A stretch of DNA of 64,000 bases from an uncultured Phycisphaerales bacterium (lineage in GTDB: Bacteria; Planctomycetota; Phycisphaerae; Tepidisphaerales; Tepidisphaeraceae), in assembly GCA_963758525.1 (NCBI GenBank), contig CAVWVQ010000001.1:192001-256000 (forward strand). The letters run 5' to 3'. The notes under the pieces were generated by a model. It searched no databases. It saw nothing but the letters and a program-made list of their open reading frames with translations, and was not told where the DNA came from. Positions 19,269-30,820 of the stretch are shown here, one piece after another; position 1 is the stretch's first letter; the number at the start of each line of letters is the position of its first letter. Position numbers and translations under genes: made by a program.

Positions 19269-19365
19269 GGATAACAAGTCGCTGCAGCTGACCAGGGCCG
19301 CATTATGGTTCTTCGAGCGCCACTGCCCTTGCAGCGGCCCCGGCAGGTGAGCTTGGTCGCTATAC
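19269..19365 (+). repeat. attC site with mutated core (GCT instead of GTT)
   Basis: GGATAAC-aag...gctgaccagggccgc...gcggccccggcaggtgagcttggtc-GCTATAC. Confidence 0.65.
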
Positions 19366-19383
19366 GCTCGCGGCCGCAAAGCG

Positions 19384-19866
19384 ATGAACGTACTTCAAGT
19401 CGATAGTGCTCGCCCCATCAAAGGCTGCTCATCTGCCGCGGAAGCGATTTCGGCGGCGAAGGGAAATCCGCGGCAGCCGAAGGCACGAGCGGACGGCGCG
19501 TTGCTTGCCGGTCAATCTTTCGTGGGTGGACGCGCCACGTATTCGCGATGGTGTCTTGAGTTCACCGGACCAAAATTTGTTGACATCATTTGTGGCAACG
19601 ACGAGGTCGAGTGGCAAGTCACGCAGGAACCGCCATCCTTTGAAGATTTGTCCGAGGCGCATGCGCTTCAATGGACGTCAGGCATCGAAAGCACAATCGA
19701 TCCATCGGCGCTGTTTGCGAACCGCGCAGGTGCGGAGTTCTGGCAACTTTGGGTGAACGAAGCAGGCTTTTATGTTTATCTTCGTCGAAAGTTGATCCTG
19801 AACTTTCACGCAGTGCGCAGCGTTGATGATCGGTCGTGCATTCTCGCGGTGTGCGAGGACGACTAG
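19384..19866 (+). CDS. Cassette hypothetical protein
   Basis: 160-aa ORF followed by a decayed attC resembling 8381-8481. Confidence 0.6.
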   Translation: MNVLQVDSARPIKGCSSAAEAISAAKGNPRQPKARADGALLAGQSFVGGRATYSRWCLEFTGPKFVDIICGNDEVEWQVTQEPPSFEDLSEAHALQWTSGIESTIDPSALFANRAGAEFWQLWVNEAGFYVYLRRKLILNFHAVRSVDDRSCILAVCEDD

Positions 19867-20202
19867 CGCGAGGTATCACCCAACGCCGCACTGGACCGGC
19901 CCGGCGGAACGGGTCCTCGTGATTCGAGAGTTGGTCGGCGCCGGGGAAACCGAGGGTGCAAGCACCCCCGGCGTTCGGGGAGTCGGCAGGTGCCTGCAGC
20001 AACGTTGCGGCTATGGCAGAACGAGCGGTGGTCATTGATGGAACGCACGACGCTGAATTTGAAAGCCGCGCGGTGCTGGCACACTCGGTTCTTCGACTTT
20101 CCGCGAGACGACGCCCCGGCGGCACGCTACGATGCGCGAAGCCGCAGTCGGGTCAGTTCAACAGACGTTATCCCGCAAACGACGAATATTGGAGATCCGA
20201 CG

Positions 20203-20742
20203 GTGTCACACCTCCACGCGCGAAGCAGCGCTGCTACCCTCGCAACCTTCATTGCTCTGCTTGGGGGATGCGCAGCATCAGCGAACAAGGGTGCCGCGAC
20301 AGTCGAAGCAAAACCGTCGCTCGAAGTTCCATACGCTGTTTCCTTTGAAGGCGCCCAAGACGTATTCGGCCGAAACGCCGTCGGTGATGCGATTGTGGTT
20401 ACCGCAGTCCACGGAACCGCTGCAACGATCGCGATTGGCAATACCTATCGCATTGACGGAGCATATACCTTGGCATCACACGAGCAGGCGATGCTCGCAG
20501 CATTCGCGACGGCCACTGTGCCCGACGAACCCCATCGACAAATGATCGCGGGGCAGTCACTCACGATCAAAAAAGGGTCGGGGACTTTCACGCTCTTCCT
20601 GAAGGTAGAGGATCCCGAATGCCCGCATGTCAGTTTTTATCCGAGCGGCGGCGGTGAGAGCTTTGCGGGAGAATACTTTGGTACAGGTAGCTTCATTCCG
20701 CCTGAATCCTGGCGGCTTAAGACCCAAAGCGCGGTACGCTGA
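20203..20742 (+). CDS. Putative lipoprotein, last cassette-like ORF
   Basis: Lipobox LLGGC; flanked by ~120-bp imperfect direct repeats (about 20049-20173 and 20752-20865). Confidence 0.55.
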   Translation: MSHLHARSSAATLATFIALLGGCAASANKGAATVEAKPSLEVPYAVSFEGAQDVFGRNAVGDAIVVTAVHGTAATIAIGNTYRIDGAYTLASHEQAMLAAFATATVPDEPHRQMIAGQSLTIKKGSGTFTLFLKVEDPECPHVSFYPSGGGESFAGEYFGTGSFIPPESWRLKTQSAVR

Positions 20743-20938
20743 CGGGAGCGGGACGCTGAATTTGAACGCCGCGCGGTGCTCGCACCCTCGGTTCTTCGAC
20801 TTTCCGAGAGACACTGCCCCGGCGGCACGGTACGATGCGCCAAGCCGAAGCGGGTTCAGTTTGGCACACCTCATCCATCGTGCGAAAACCCCGAGGAGCG
20901 GCGTTCAGTTGCAAGCAATCTCACTTGCCGGATAATCC

Positions 20939-21955
20939 ATGCGGGGCGGTGAGCCCTGTAGCATGGATGCCAAGTTGTTGGAATTTGCCCGGCAGGTGAT
21001 CGAGACTGAGGCGGGGGCGGTGCGCGGAATGCTGGCCGCGCTGGATGAATCGTTTTTGCGGGCAGTGCAACTGATCGTCGATTGCCCGGGCTCGGTGCTG
21101 GCCAGCGGGATCGGCAAGGCGGGGCATGTCGCCCGGAAGCTGTCGGCGTCCTTCAGCAGCACGGGCACGCCGAGCCATTTTCTCAACCCGGCAGAAGCGC
21201 TTCACGGCGATCTGGGGGCGATCCGCAAGGGGGACGTGGTTCTGATTCTCTCGCATAGCGGGGAGAGCGACGAAATCCTGCGGATGATCAGTGTCATCCG
21301 CAAGCTGGGCCATCCGATCATTGCCATTACCGCGTCGGGCGAGAACGCGCTGGGGCGTTTCGCGGATGTCGTGCTGAAAACGGGGAAGATCGAGGAGGCT
21401 TGTCCGCTGGGGTTGGCGCCCAGCGCATCGACGACGGCGATGACGGCGCTGGGGGACGCGCTGTTTCTCACGGTGATGCGGGCGCGGAACTTCACCGCCG
21501 ATGACTTTGCGATCTATCATCCCGGCGGACAACTGGGGCGGAAGCTGATTCGCGTTGCCGAGGCGATGACGTTTCGATTGGGCGAGAATCTCCCGGTGGC
21601 ATCGGATCGGTTGACGGTGGGGCAGGTGCTGCATGCGGTCAGCTCGATCAAGCGGCGCAGCGGCGCGGTGATTCTGGTCAATGACCAGGAGACGGTGAGC
21701 GGCATTTTCTCGGACGGAGACCTGCGGCGGGCGTTGACCGACGATGACGGCTCGGCGCTGTCGCGGCCGATCAGCAAGTATATGACACGCGACCCCAAGC
21801 GGATCGGCGGCGAGCAGCTTGCCAGCGAAGCGATCGGGCTGATGCGGCGATTTCGCATTGACGAGCTGCCGGTGGTCGATCAGGCTGACCGGCCGATCGG
21901 GCTGATCGATATTCAAGACCTGGTTGTATTGCGCATGCTGGACGTGGAAGCCTGA
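20939..21955 (+). CDS. kdsD: KpsF/GutQ family arabinose-5-phosphate isomerase
   Basis: GIGKAGHVARK, EALHGDLG, SHSGES, HPGGQLG, two CBS domains. Confidence 0.92.
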   Translation: MRGGEPCSMDAKLLEFARQVIETEAGAVRGMLAALDESFLRAVQLIVDCPGSVLASGIGKAGHVARKLSASFSSTGTPSHFLNPAEALHGDLGAIRKGDVVLILSHSGESDEILRMISVIRKLGHPIIAITASGENALGRFADVVLKTGKIEEACPLGLAPSASTTAMTALGDALFLTVMRARNFTADDFAIYHPGGQLGRKLIRVAEAMTFRLGENLPVASDRLTVGQVLHAVSSIKRRSGAVILVNDQETVSGIFSDGDLRRALTDDDGSALSRPISKYMTRDPKRIGGEQLASEAIGLMRRFRIDELPVVDQADRPIGLIDIQDLVVLRMLDVEA

Positions 21956-21967
21956 TCGATCGCACTC

Positions 21968-24900
21968 ATGCGGACTTACGTGCTTATCTTCGCCACGGTC
22001 GGACTGCTCGGCAGCGCGTTCTATCTTTATTGGCATCTGCAGCCCAAGACACTGGCGCAACAGGATGTGGTGCATCCCGCGGAGATCGCCACGAAGCCCA
22101 CGACCGAGCAATATCAGGGCGTCAGTGTGGGCTCCCGCCCGTGGGTCAAAATGATCGACTCCAGCGGGAAAGTTTCATCTCAATATCGCGCGGATGAATA
22201 CCAGCCGCGTCCGGACGGGACGGTGCGGATGATCCTGCCGGAGGCTGACTTTTTCCTTGGGGAGCATCAGCGGCTGCACGTAACAGGAGCGGACGGCAAC
22301 GTCGTCATGCACGGATCTTCCAATGCCGGGATCGGCGCCAGCGGCTCGCAGCCCAGCGGGAAACCCAGCCGCGGGCGTCTCAATGACGTGATCATGACAC
22401 TCATCGACGAGACGGATCCGGCAGATCCGCTCACCAATTTGACGATGACGACGAACAATATTGAGTTTGACAACGATTCGTTCCTGATCACCACCGGCGG
22501 ATACACCGCGTCTGACGGGACGCGAATTTCTCCGGACCAGGTGCCGGTGAAGGTGCGCGGCGAATACGACTTTGACGGCCGAGGCCTGACGCTGCGATGG
22601 AACGATCAGGACGATCGCCTGGAGATGCTGGAAATTGCACACGGCGAAATGCTGCGGATCAATCATCCGTCGAATCAAAAAGGGCAGCCCGGCGCCGGCG
22701 CGAAGACGCGTCCGACGACCGAGCCGGACTCCGGAAATCTCACTTCCGCCAGCGGAGCTTCGGGAGAGCGCGGGAGTGAAAACCCTAAGTCCGATCCGAG
22801 CCCCGATGCGCCGCAGTCCAAGACACGCGAGGAAACTGCCGCTCCACTCATCTCCCCGAACGCCGGGCGGGGTGGCCATGAGCCCGCGAAGTCTGCCGTG
22901 GCTGCTTCAACCAGCCCATCGTCCGTCTCGAAGAAGCGACCCAAGGCGAGCCGTCCGGTGTATCTGGCGACGTTTGAAGATGCGGTGCGCATCACGCAGG
23001 GCAATGAAATGCTGATGACGGGCGACTTGCTGCGGATGCACTTCAAAATGAAGGAAGAAAAAAAGGCCGGCACCACCCGGCCGAGCGAGACGAAGCCGGC
23101 GCAGACGACGCAGGGCGGTGCGAGACCGGATGACGCACTTCGACCCGCTGAAAGCGCGGAGGCTCAGACTCGGCGTTGTCAGCGTGAATGCGCATCGACG
23201 CTGCTGCCCTTGCACAATTCGATCTCTGGACCGCCCGTGATGCTTGTCGATGCGCCCGCGAAGTCGCGCGGGCCCGCGCTGGCGGACGTTCCGATCGTGG
23301 TGCGGTGGACAGGGAAGCTGAAAATGATTCCCGAGCCCGTCGCGCCGCCGCGCCCGGTGTTGCCGGGGGATGCGATCATGGAACTGGTTGGCATAACCTC
23401 GCCGGTGCATGTGTTTCGCACCGCAAGCGAAGATTCGCCCGCCACCGAGGCGCATTGCGCCATGCTGACCTACGTCACCGCCGACGAAAGCGCGCTGCTC
23501 GTGGGTTCGCAAGCACTCGGCCAGGTTCAATTGGTGCGCAGGGCGTTGCCCATCTCGATGGAGGACGATCCTGGTCCGCCGACGATTATTACCACCGATG
23601 TGCTCGATTATGTCGGCAGCGCGCATTTCGCGACACTGAGCGGCAGGGGCCATGCGATCATTCCGGCGGCACAAAATCCGGGCGAAAAGCCGGCCGCGAT
23701 TGACGCGACCTGGTCAAAGCAGGCGACATTTGATTTTCTGCCGCGCACCAATGATGAGATGGCAATCAAAGACGCGACGTTCGCCGGCGATGTCGTGATC
23801 ACCCATCCGCAGCTTGGTCTGACCGCGCAGCTGTTGACGCTGCTGTTCGACGCGCCGGCGGGAACCGGCGCGAAATCGACGACGGGGCAGTCGCCGGCTT
23901 TAAGCGAAGTGAGGGCGACGGATCCTGGCGATCATGTACATTGCGAACTGATCGACGCGGCGGGGAAGAAGCAAACCATCAACTGCCAGACGCTCGACCT
24001 GCGGACGGCGCGCACGAATGACAATCGCGTGCTGGCCCGGCAAGTGGATGCCGCGGGCAATGTCCACGCGTCCGACGGCGCGCAGAAGCTCGACTGCGAT
24101 CGCGTGCAGATGCTGCTGCGGCCGGCGAATGGCAAAGCTCGAGCCGCGCAGGAATCGGCGGGGGGCGTCGATACGTCGTCGGTCGAATTGGAGCGATTGG
24201 ACGCGCGGGGAAGCGTGAAAGTGACCTCCAAGGACGGATCGGTTGCCCGCTCGGATCAGTTGCTGGTCGCCAACGACCCCGACGGCCCGCACATGATGCT
24301 CACGGGCGATTCGCTCTGCAGAATCACCGACGTCAAAGCCAACGAGCTGACGGGCGAGAAGATTGTCATCCAGCCGAAGCGGCAATTGGCGCACGTCATC
24401 GGTCCTGGAACGCTTCACACCATCGGGGAGCAGGCGAAGGGCTCGCCTCCCGGCACGGCGGCGCGCAAGATGGACGTGATCTTTTCCGACGGCGCCGATC
24501 TCGACGCGGCGGGCAATCAGATCAACATGCGCGGCAAAGTGGTCGCGACGATGCCGGACTCAGACGGCACAATCAACACCGCGCAGGGCGACCGCGTGCA
24601 CATCGATCTGCGGACCAAGCCGGCGCCCGCAACGCAGGCCGTCGCGAGCACCAGGCCTGCCGCCACCACGCGACCGGCGGACGATCTGAACCTGCTGGGC
24701 AATAAGGAGCCGAGCATGATCACGCTAGACGGCAATGCCGTCGTTGCATCCAATTTGTCGGATGCGACGGGAGTGCTGCGGCAATTCGAACTCAAAGCGC
24801 CGCGCATCATCTACGCGGTTTCCGGCGCCCAGGACATTGCCGATCACACGCTGCTGGTGCCGTCGGCCGGAGTCATGCTCGTCCGGGACCATCGCAATCC

Positions 24901-25399
24901 CACGACAGCGCCCGCCGGCGGCGACGACGCGGGACTCGGAAGCGGGCGGGGCGCGACGGCGTTCAAGTGGACCCGCCGGCTGACTTACAACGAAGATACC
25001 CGCAAGGCGATCATGAACGGCGATGTGCTGGTCGTGCATGAATCGGACAACGCGAAGGAGCTGCCGGTCCAGCTCACCGCGGACCAGGTGACCGCGCTCT
25101 TTCAGCCCGCGTCAGGGAAGAAAACCCCGACCACCCAGCCGGCCGGATCGCAGGCGCTGGAAATGAAGAGCATGGAAGCCGTCGGCAACGTCGTGGTGAA
25201 CCGCGGCCCCACGCAGATCAACGCGCAGCGGATTTATATCGAGCCGGCCAGTCACTGGATGACGGCGCAGGGAACGTCGCAGTCGCCGGTGACGATCATC
25301 GACGAAAAGGGGACGCAGTCGAGCACCGACGAGGTTCGGTGGAATACGCAAACGTGGGACTTTGTGATGAAACACGCAGGCGGAGAAGCCAGGCGGTAA
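21968..25399 (+). CDS. Large membrane-anchored LptC/LptA(OstA)-like beta-jellyroll protein
   Basis: N-terminal TM, repeated AxGNV/GDVV beta motifs, position directly after kdsD. Confidence 0.55.
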   Translation: MRTYVLIFATVGLLGSAFYLYWHLQPKTLAQQDVVHPAEIATKPTTEQYQGVSVGSRPWVKMIDSSGKVSSQYRADEYQPRPDGTVRMILPEADFFLGEHQRLHVTGADGNVVMHGSSNAGIGASGSQPSGKPSRGRLNDVIMTLIDETDPADPLTNLTMTTNNIEFDNDSFLITTGGYTASDGTRISPDQVPVKVRGEYDFDGRGLTLRWNDQDDRLEMLEIAHGEMLRINHPSNQKGQPGAGAKTRPTTEPDSGNLTSASGASGERGSENPKSDPSPDAPQSKTREETAAPLISPNAGRGGHEPAKSAVAASTSPSSVSKKRPKASRPVYLATFEDAVRITQGNEMLMTGDLLRMHFKMKEEKKAGTTRPSETKPAQTTQGGARPDDALRPAESAEAQTRRCQRECASTLLPLHNSISGPPVMLVDAPAKSRGPALADVPIVVRWTGKLKMIPEPVAPPRPVLPGDAIMELVGITSPVHVFRTASEDSPATEAHCAMLTYVTADESALLVGSQALGQVQLVRRALPISMEDDPGPPTIITTDVLDYVGSAHFATLSGRGHAIIPAAQNPGEKPAAIDATWSKQATFDFLPRTNDEMAIKDATFAGDVVITHPQLGLTAQLLTLLFDAPAGTGAKSTTGQSPALSEVRATDPGDHVHCELIDAAGKKQTINCQTLDLRTARTNDNRVLARQVDAAGNVHASDGAQKLDCDRVQMLLRPANGKARAAQESAGGVDTSSVELERLDARGSVKVTSKDGSVARSDQLLVANDPDGPHMMLTGDSLCRITDVKANELTGEKIVIQPKRQLAHVIGPGTLHTIGEQAKGSPPGTAARKMDVIFSDGADLDAAGNQINMRGKVVATMPDSDGTINTAQGDRVHIDLRTKPAPATQAVASTRPAATTRPADDLNLLGNKEPSMITLDGNAVVASNLSDATGVLRQFELKAPRIIYAVSGAQDIADHTLLVPSAGVMLVRDHRNPTTAPAGGDDAGLGSGRGATAFKWTRRLTYNEDTRKAIMNGDVLVVHESDNAKELPVQLTADQVTALFQPASGKKTPTTQPAGSQALEMKSMEAVGNVVVNRGPTQINAQRIYIEPASHWMTAQGTSQSPVTIIDEKGTQSSTDEVRWNTQTWDFVMKHAGGEARR

Positions 25400-25470
25400 A
25401 TGGCCTTGCGCGATCAGGCGCTATCGATCACCGCTTTTAGAAGCGGGTTCAGAACGCCCGATTCACCGCG

Positions 25471-25554
25471 CCACGCCGAGTCTGAGGTACTCCGAAGGCT
25501 CGGATTTCCTCGGCGCTCGATCCGAGCCTTCGGGGTACCTCAGACTCGGCGTGG
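25471..25554. repeat. Extragenic long palindrome (half copy near 35045-35075)
   Basis: ccacgccgagtctgaggtactccgaaggctcggat...atccgagccttcggggtacctcagactcggcgtgg. Confidence 0.75.
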
Positions 25555-25984
25555 TTGTAACGCACGGAGTCCGACTATGGACTGGCGCTCAACGCACGGC
25601 GCGGAGCAATGGAGGACCTTCGGATTTGCGTTTACCAGTCGTTCGTCTGGCCGCCGAAGGAACCGCCGACAGTGGAATGGCTCTGCGAAATGCCGCGCGT
25701 GGATGGCAGAATCTTGCCGGAAACCCACTTCAAGCCCACGAGCATCCCAATGCATGCCACGAAAAACCACGGAAGCTTCATGCGTCGCCGGCGCGGCACG
25801 CAATAACGTTTATCACGTTTATCGCGGTTATCGATTTTCTCCATCTTATCCATGATGCACTTTCTCCCTCGAAGCGCGCGGCAGATTACTGATCCAGCAA
25901 CTTGAAATCAAGCAGGAAATGCCTGTTTTTAACGGGTTTTCAGCGTTGAATCGGCACGGCGCGGGACCATTCCGAATGCGCCAG

Positions 25985-26543
25985 TTAAACGCCTTCGAGG
26001 ACCTCGATGGTCATTGAGCCGTAAATGCGGACGTCGCGGCGTGCAAGGGGCGCCAAATCGAGGGTATCGGCGGCGTCATGCCGGAAGAGCACGGTTCCCT
26101 GGCGAGCGAGATGGTCTTCCGCCAGCCGAGCCGCGAGCGCGCAGATCGCCGGGCCGTTCGGCAAGAAACCGATAGGGGGGGTCGAGAAAAACCAGGTTCG
26201 CCCGTTCAGAGGTTGCCCGGTCGGCACTCTGAAACCATTTGAAGAGGTCCAGGGCAACGATCGTGCTGTGATGCGCGAAACCCAGCGTGACAACGTTTTG
26301 CCGAAGCAGGCGCACCGCCGAGCGGTCCGATTCAAAAAAAGTCGCGTGGGTCGCGCCGCGGCTCAGCGACTCGAGGCCCATGCTGCCCGTCCCGGCGAAC
26401 AGATCGAAAACGCGCGCGCCCTCGATGCGCGGCGCGAGCATGTCGAACAGAGACTGCTTCACGCGATCGGTGATCGGCCGAGTGGCATCGTTGGCTGGCG
26501 AGAGCAGCCGTCGCCCACGATGTGTGCCGGCGATGATTCGCAT
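25985..26543 (-). CDS. rsmD: 16S rRNA m2G966 methyltransferase (frameshift near 26140)
   Basis: MRIIAGTHRGRRL, TRPITDRVKQSLF, DLFAGTGSMGLESLSRGA, LVFLDPPY. Confidence 0.88.
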
Positions 26544-26623
26544 GAAAATACTCTAACTCCAGCGGAGGGTCGGGCGAACCATCGGCGGGTATCGAAATAT
26601 TATCGTTGCGCTAAGCCTCCGCT

Positions 26624-26678
26624 GTAGCACAGCCGTCTCGGCTGTGATCTTGGGCCACAGCCGAGACGGATGTGCTAC
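26624..26678. repeat. GTAG-type REP doublet (REPIN-like)
   Basis: GTAGcacagccgtctcggctgtg...cacagccgagacggatgtgCTAC. Confidence 0.65.
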
Positions 26679-26966
26679 GAAAAATCAACCCCCATCCTAA
26701 CCTTCTCCCGGCGTACCGGGAGAAGGGATCGGAACGGGTCCGGGCTTTAGCCGTGCGAAGAGGAATGAACAGGTGCCGAGGCGCGTTCGAGGTTGCGACA
26801 CGGTGCTAAGTTGAGCCCATCTTCATATCCACGGTCAGCCCTGACGCGCAGGGGAGGCATGTTCTGAGCGATCGCTCAGAAATCGTATCGGTTTTATAAG
26901 CCGCATTCGCTCGCAATTTCCAGCGTTACCTGCTTCACTGCTCCGGCGGGCATAACCAAAACACAT

Positions 26967-28718
26967 TTGGGAAAGGGAAGGGCGATGGAAGCACGAACGT
27001 GGAAGCTGATGGGATCTGGCGGAAGGAACTTGTTTGTTCCGGTTTTCCTGGTCATGGCCGTCGCGGTCGGATGCTCCAAGCAGGATGCTTCGACGCCTGC
27101 CGCATCTTCGTCGGACGCTCCGCAGGCGACGAACGTTCCGACGGATCCCAACGCGCTGCAGCTCACGTTCGTCTACGGCTCGGAGAAAAAAGCGTGGATC
27201 ACGGATGTGACGGACGCGTTCAACAATGCGGGGAACAAAACGCCGGATGGCAAACCGATTCAGGTGAAAGCCATTCCGATGGGATCGGGCGAGTGCGTCG
27301 ATTCGGTGCTCGATGGAAGCACGCAGGCCGATATCATCAGCCCCGCGTCGGGCGCCTTCATCAAGCTGGGCAACGCGCAATCACGCAGCAAGATGGGAAG
27401 TGATCTGATCGGGTCGACCGACAATCTGGTGCTTTCCCCGGTGGTGATTGCGATGTGGAAGCCGATGGCCCAGGCACTGGGTTGGGGGAGCAAGCCGGTC
27501 GGCTGGGCGGATATTCTCGCCGTCGCCAAAAATCCCGATGGCTGGGCAGCATATGGACACCCCGAATGGGGCAAATTCAAATTCGGTCACACGCATCCCG
27601 ATTACAGCAACAGCGGATTGATCTCCTCCCTGGCGATCGTCTACGCCGGCACCGGCAAGACCAAGGGCCTGACGCTCGACGATGTTTCCAATCCAGCAAC
27701 CGGGCAATTCATGTCGGAGATTGAATCGGCCGTGCAGCACTATGGCAGCTCGACCGGCTTCTTCGCCGACAAAATGGAGTCCGGCGGGCCGGGGTATCTC
27801 AGCGCGGCAGTGCTGTATGAAAGTCTCGTCTGCGATTCGTACAAGCTCAAGGATTCGCTGCCGTTTCCGCTGGTCTGCATCTATCCGAAGGAAGGGACGT
27901 TTTGGAGCGATCACCCGGTCGGCATCGTGCAACGGCCGTGGGTCACTGACGATCGCAAGGCAGCGGCGAAAGTCTACATCGATTATCTGCTGGCCAAGCC
28001 GCAGCAGGAAAAGGCGCTGACCTACGGCTTCCGTCCCGCCGACCCGTCGGTGCCACTGGCCGCGCCGATCACGGCGGACTTTGGCGCCGATCCGAAAGAG
28101 CCGATGACCACGCTGGACGTTCCCTCCGCCGACGTGATGAATGCCATCCTGCAGCTTTGGCATCAACATAAGAAGGCAGCCAACATCGTGCTGGTTTTCG
28201 ACACGTCGGGCAGCATGAACGACGACAACAAGATCAGCAGCGCCAAGGGCGGCGCGGCGCAGCTTCTGACGCAACTGGATGATGCCGATCTGGTGTCATT
28301 ACTGCCGTTCAGCGGCGCGTTGCGATGGTCCGGCCAGGGAATCTCCATGCATACCTCGCGCCAGCAGGCGCTGAATGTTGTCGACAATCTGATTGCCGAC
28401 GGGGGCACGAGGCTGTACGACTCGATCGACGCGGCGGTGCAGTATCAGGTTTCCCATCCGACTCCAGATCAGATCCAGGCGGTAGTGGTGTTGACTGACG
28501 GACAGGACACCGACAGCGCGATGAACCTCGAGACGCTGATCCGACACGTGCAATCACATGGCGAGCACCAGGCGATTCGAGTATTTACCATTGGCTATGG
28601 GCACGATGCCGATGAATCGGTGTTGAAGAAGATCGCCGACGTGACGGGCGCGAAGTATTACAAGGGGACGCCGCAGAACATCAAGGAAGTGTTTCGCGAC
28701 ATCGCGACGTTCTTTTGA
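26967..28718 (+). CDS. Lipoprotein with extracellular solute-binding domain and VWA domain
   Basis: Lipobox AVGC, YGSEK, HTHPDYSNSG, MIDAS DTSGSM, GGTRLYD, VLTDGQD. Confidence 0.85.
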   Translation: MGKGRAMEARTWKLMGSGGRNLFVPVFLVMAVAVGCSKQDASTPAASSSDAPQATNVPTDPNALQLTFVYGSEKKAWITDVTDAFNNAGNKTPDGKPIQVKAIPMGSGECVDSVLDGSTQADIISPASGAFIKLGNAQSRSKMGSDLIGSTDNLVLSPVVIAMWKPMAQALGWGSKPVGWADILAVAKNPDGWAAYGHPEWGKFKFGHTHPDYSNSGLISSLAIVYAGTGKTKGLTLDDVSNPATGQFMSEIESAVQHYGSSTGFFADKMESGGPGYLSAAVLYESLVCDSYKLKDSLPFPLVCIYPKEGTFWSDHPVGIVQRPWVTDDRKAAAKVYIDYLLAKPQQEKALTYGFRPADPSVPLAAPITADFGADPKEPMTTLDVPSADVMNAILQLWHQHKKAANIVLVFDTSGSMNDDNKISSAKGGAAQLLTQLDDADLVSLLPFSGALRWSGQGISMHTSRQQALNVVDNLIADGGTRLYDSIDAAVQYQVSHPTPDQIQAVVVLTDGQDTDSAMNLETLIRHVQSHGEHQAIRVFTIGYGHDADESVLKKIADVTGAKYYKGTPQNIKEVFRDIATFF

Positions 28719-28735
28719 CGCAGGAGTATTCGACC

Positions 28736-29994
28736 ATGGCCGATACCACGCAAAGCCCGGACGGTCCAAAGCTGACGTTCATCGGCAAGCTGTTTGTGCT
28801 GCTGGTGATCGCCGGCAGCTTCTGCGGCGCGTACTACCTCTTCTTTCAGGGCCATGGCAAAGAGGCCGTTCCGAATGCGACGAGTGGATCGGGCAATGCG
28901 CCGACCCCTGCCGCGTCCGGCGGCTCAGCGCCGACGCCCGCTCCGCTGAATCCAGTGACCATCGGCGTGGCGTATGGATCGGAGAAGGAGAAGTGGCTGC
29001 TGCAGGTGGTTGACGATTTCGCGAAGACGCCCCAGGGGGCGAACATCAAGGTGAATCTCATCAGGAAAGGCTCCATCGAAGGGCGCAGGAAATCCTGCGC
29101 GGCGACGATGCCGCCAAAAAGATCAATGCGTGGGCGCCCGCAAGCTCGCTGTACAAACAGGCCTTTGTGCAGGACTGGCAGGACAAGTTCGGAAACAACC
29201 CGATTCTCAAGGAGGAGCAGCTTGCGTTGACGCCGATGGTGTTTGTTTTCTGGGACGAGCGATATCAGCCGTTCGTGCAGAAATATCACGAGGTGAACTT
29301 CAGGACGATCGGTCAGGCTCTGAACGAGAAGGGGGGCTGGGACGCCATCGCCGGGAAAGCCACCAACTGGGGATTCTTCAAGTTTGGTCACACGCATCCC
29401 ACCAAATCCAACAGCGGCCTGCTGACGCTGGTGCTGATGGGTTATGACTTTCGCGACAAGAGCCGCGGACTGACGTTGGGCGACATTACGGCTCCGGATT
29501 TCCAGGACTGGATGAACGGCATCGAGCGCGGCGCCAGCGACACCGTGGAAAGCACCGGCACGCTGATGCGCGACATGGTCCTCAAGGGACCCAGCACCTA
29601 TGACGCGCTGTTTGTCTATGAAAGCGTCGTGATCGACTACCTCAAAAGTGCCGAGGGACGTTCTGGGAGACTGCATGTTGAATATCCGAAGTACAATATG
29701 TGGAACGACAACCCTTATTACATCCTCGACGCCCCATGGAGCACTCCTGACCAGCGACAGGCCAGCCAGGTTTTTCTCGACTATCTGATGAGCGAGCCGG
29801 TGCAAAAGCAGTCGCTGGTTCACGGTTTTCGGCCCGGGGATCCCAATGTTCCGATTAAGTTTCCAGAAAGTCCCTTCGTGCAATACGAATCGTACGGACT
29901 GAAGGTGGACCTTCCGGTGGTGTGTGAATCGCCCAAACCCGAGGTGATTCAGAATTTGCTGGTAGGATGGCAAAGAAGCAATGGGGACCGATAG
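28736..29994 (+). CDS. Membrane-anchored solute-binding-domain paralog without VWA (frameshift near 29085)
   Basis: YGSEKEKW, FKFGHTHPTKSNSG, GFRP shared with the preceding gene. Confidence 0.75.
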
Positions 29995-30052
29995 GCCGGC
30001 ATGCTGAAACCAGAAGCCCGAATGTTGAAAATGAGTACAGGAGACTCCGCTC

Positions 30053-30813
30053 ATGTTTGCTCGCATCGCTAATCTCTTCAAGGGCTTTATGAGCCTCTTT
30101 ATTTCCGGCGTTGACGCAAGAACCCCCAGGCGTTGCTCGAGGTGGAGAAGGAAAATCTCCGCAAGCAGATTGCGCGCTACAACGACGGGCTGGCTTCCCA
30201 TGCCGGGCTTTGCGAGCGGCTGATGACGCAGGTGAAGAAACTGGAGAATGAAGAGCGCGACCTCCGCTCCCGCGCGTCGGCGAATCTCAAGGCGGGGAAT
30301 CGCGATCTGGCAGGGCAGTATGCGCTACGCCTGCAGACGGTGACGCGCGAACTGGAGGAGAATCGCACCCAGGCCACGCAGGCCGAGCAGACTTATAAGA
30401 GCCTGGTCACGGCGCGCGACGTGGCGATCAAGGCGGCCAAGGACAAGATCGAATCCCTGCGGCAGAGTCTGGACGATCTGAAGGTGAAGAAGGCGATGGC
30501 GGAACTGACCGAGATGGCTTCGGGAATGGTGTCGAAGATCGGTGGATCGGGCGATACGCTCGATCGTCTGCATTCGATGGTGGAAGAGGACCGCGAAAAA
30601 GCGGCAGGTCGCGTGCGCGTCGCCAGGGACAGCTTCAATACCGCCGACATCCAGCTAAAGGAATCCGAGCAGAAGGCGCTGGCCGATCAGGCGCTGGCGG
30701 ATTTTGCTTCGCGGGAGGGCATCGCGCTGGAGGCGAAGGACTCCACTGCGGTCAGCGCCGAATCTCTCGACGGGGATGGCGCCAAGAGCATGGGCCCCGT
30801 GAAGGAAGGCTGA
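30053..30813 (+). CDS. pspA: PspA/IM30 family protein (frameshift near 30115)
   Basis: MFARIANLFKG...NPQALLE N-terminus, coiled coil, AGNRDLA. Confidence 0.8.
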
Positions 30814-30820
30814 CCGCCGA

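Larger units (their letters stand above)
5954..20865. mobile_element. Integron region: intI-attI-array 1, RAYT element, truncated intI-attI-array 2 (~15 cassettes)
   Basis: IntI gene, two attI copies, and repeated AAC...GTT imperfect palindromes (attC) after short co-oriented ORFs. Confidence 0.92.

Noticed and set aside
25609..25806. 65-aa ORF as a real gene
   Set aside because: No recognisable motif or supporting context.
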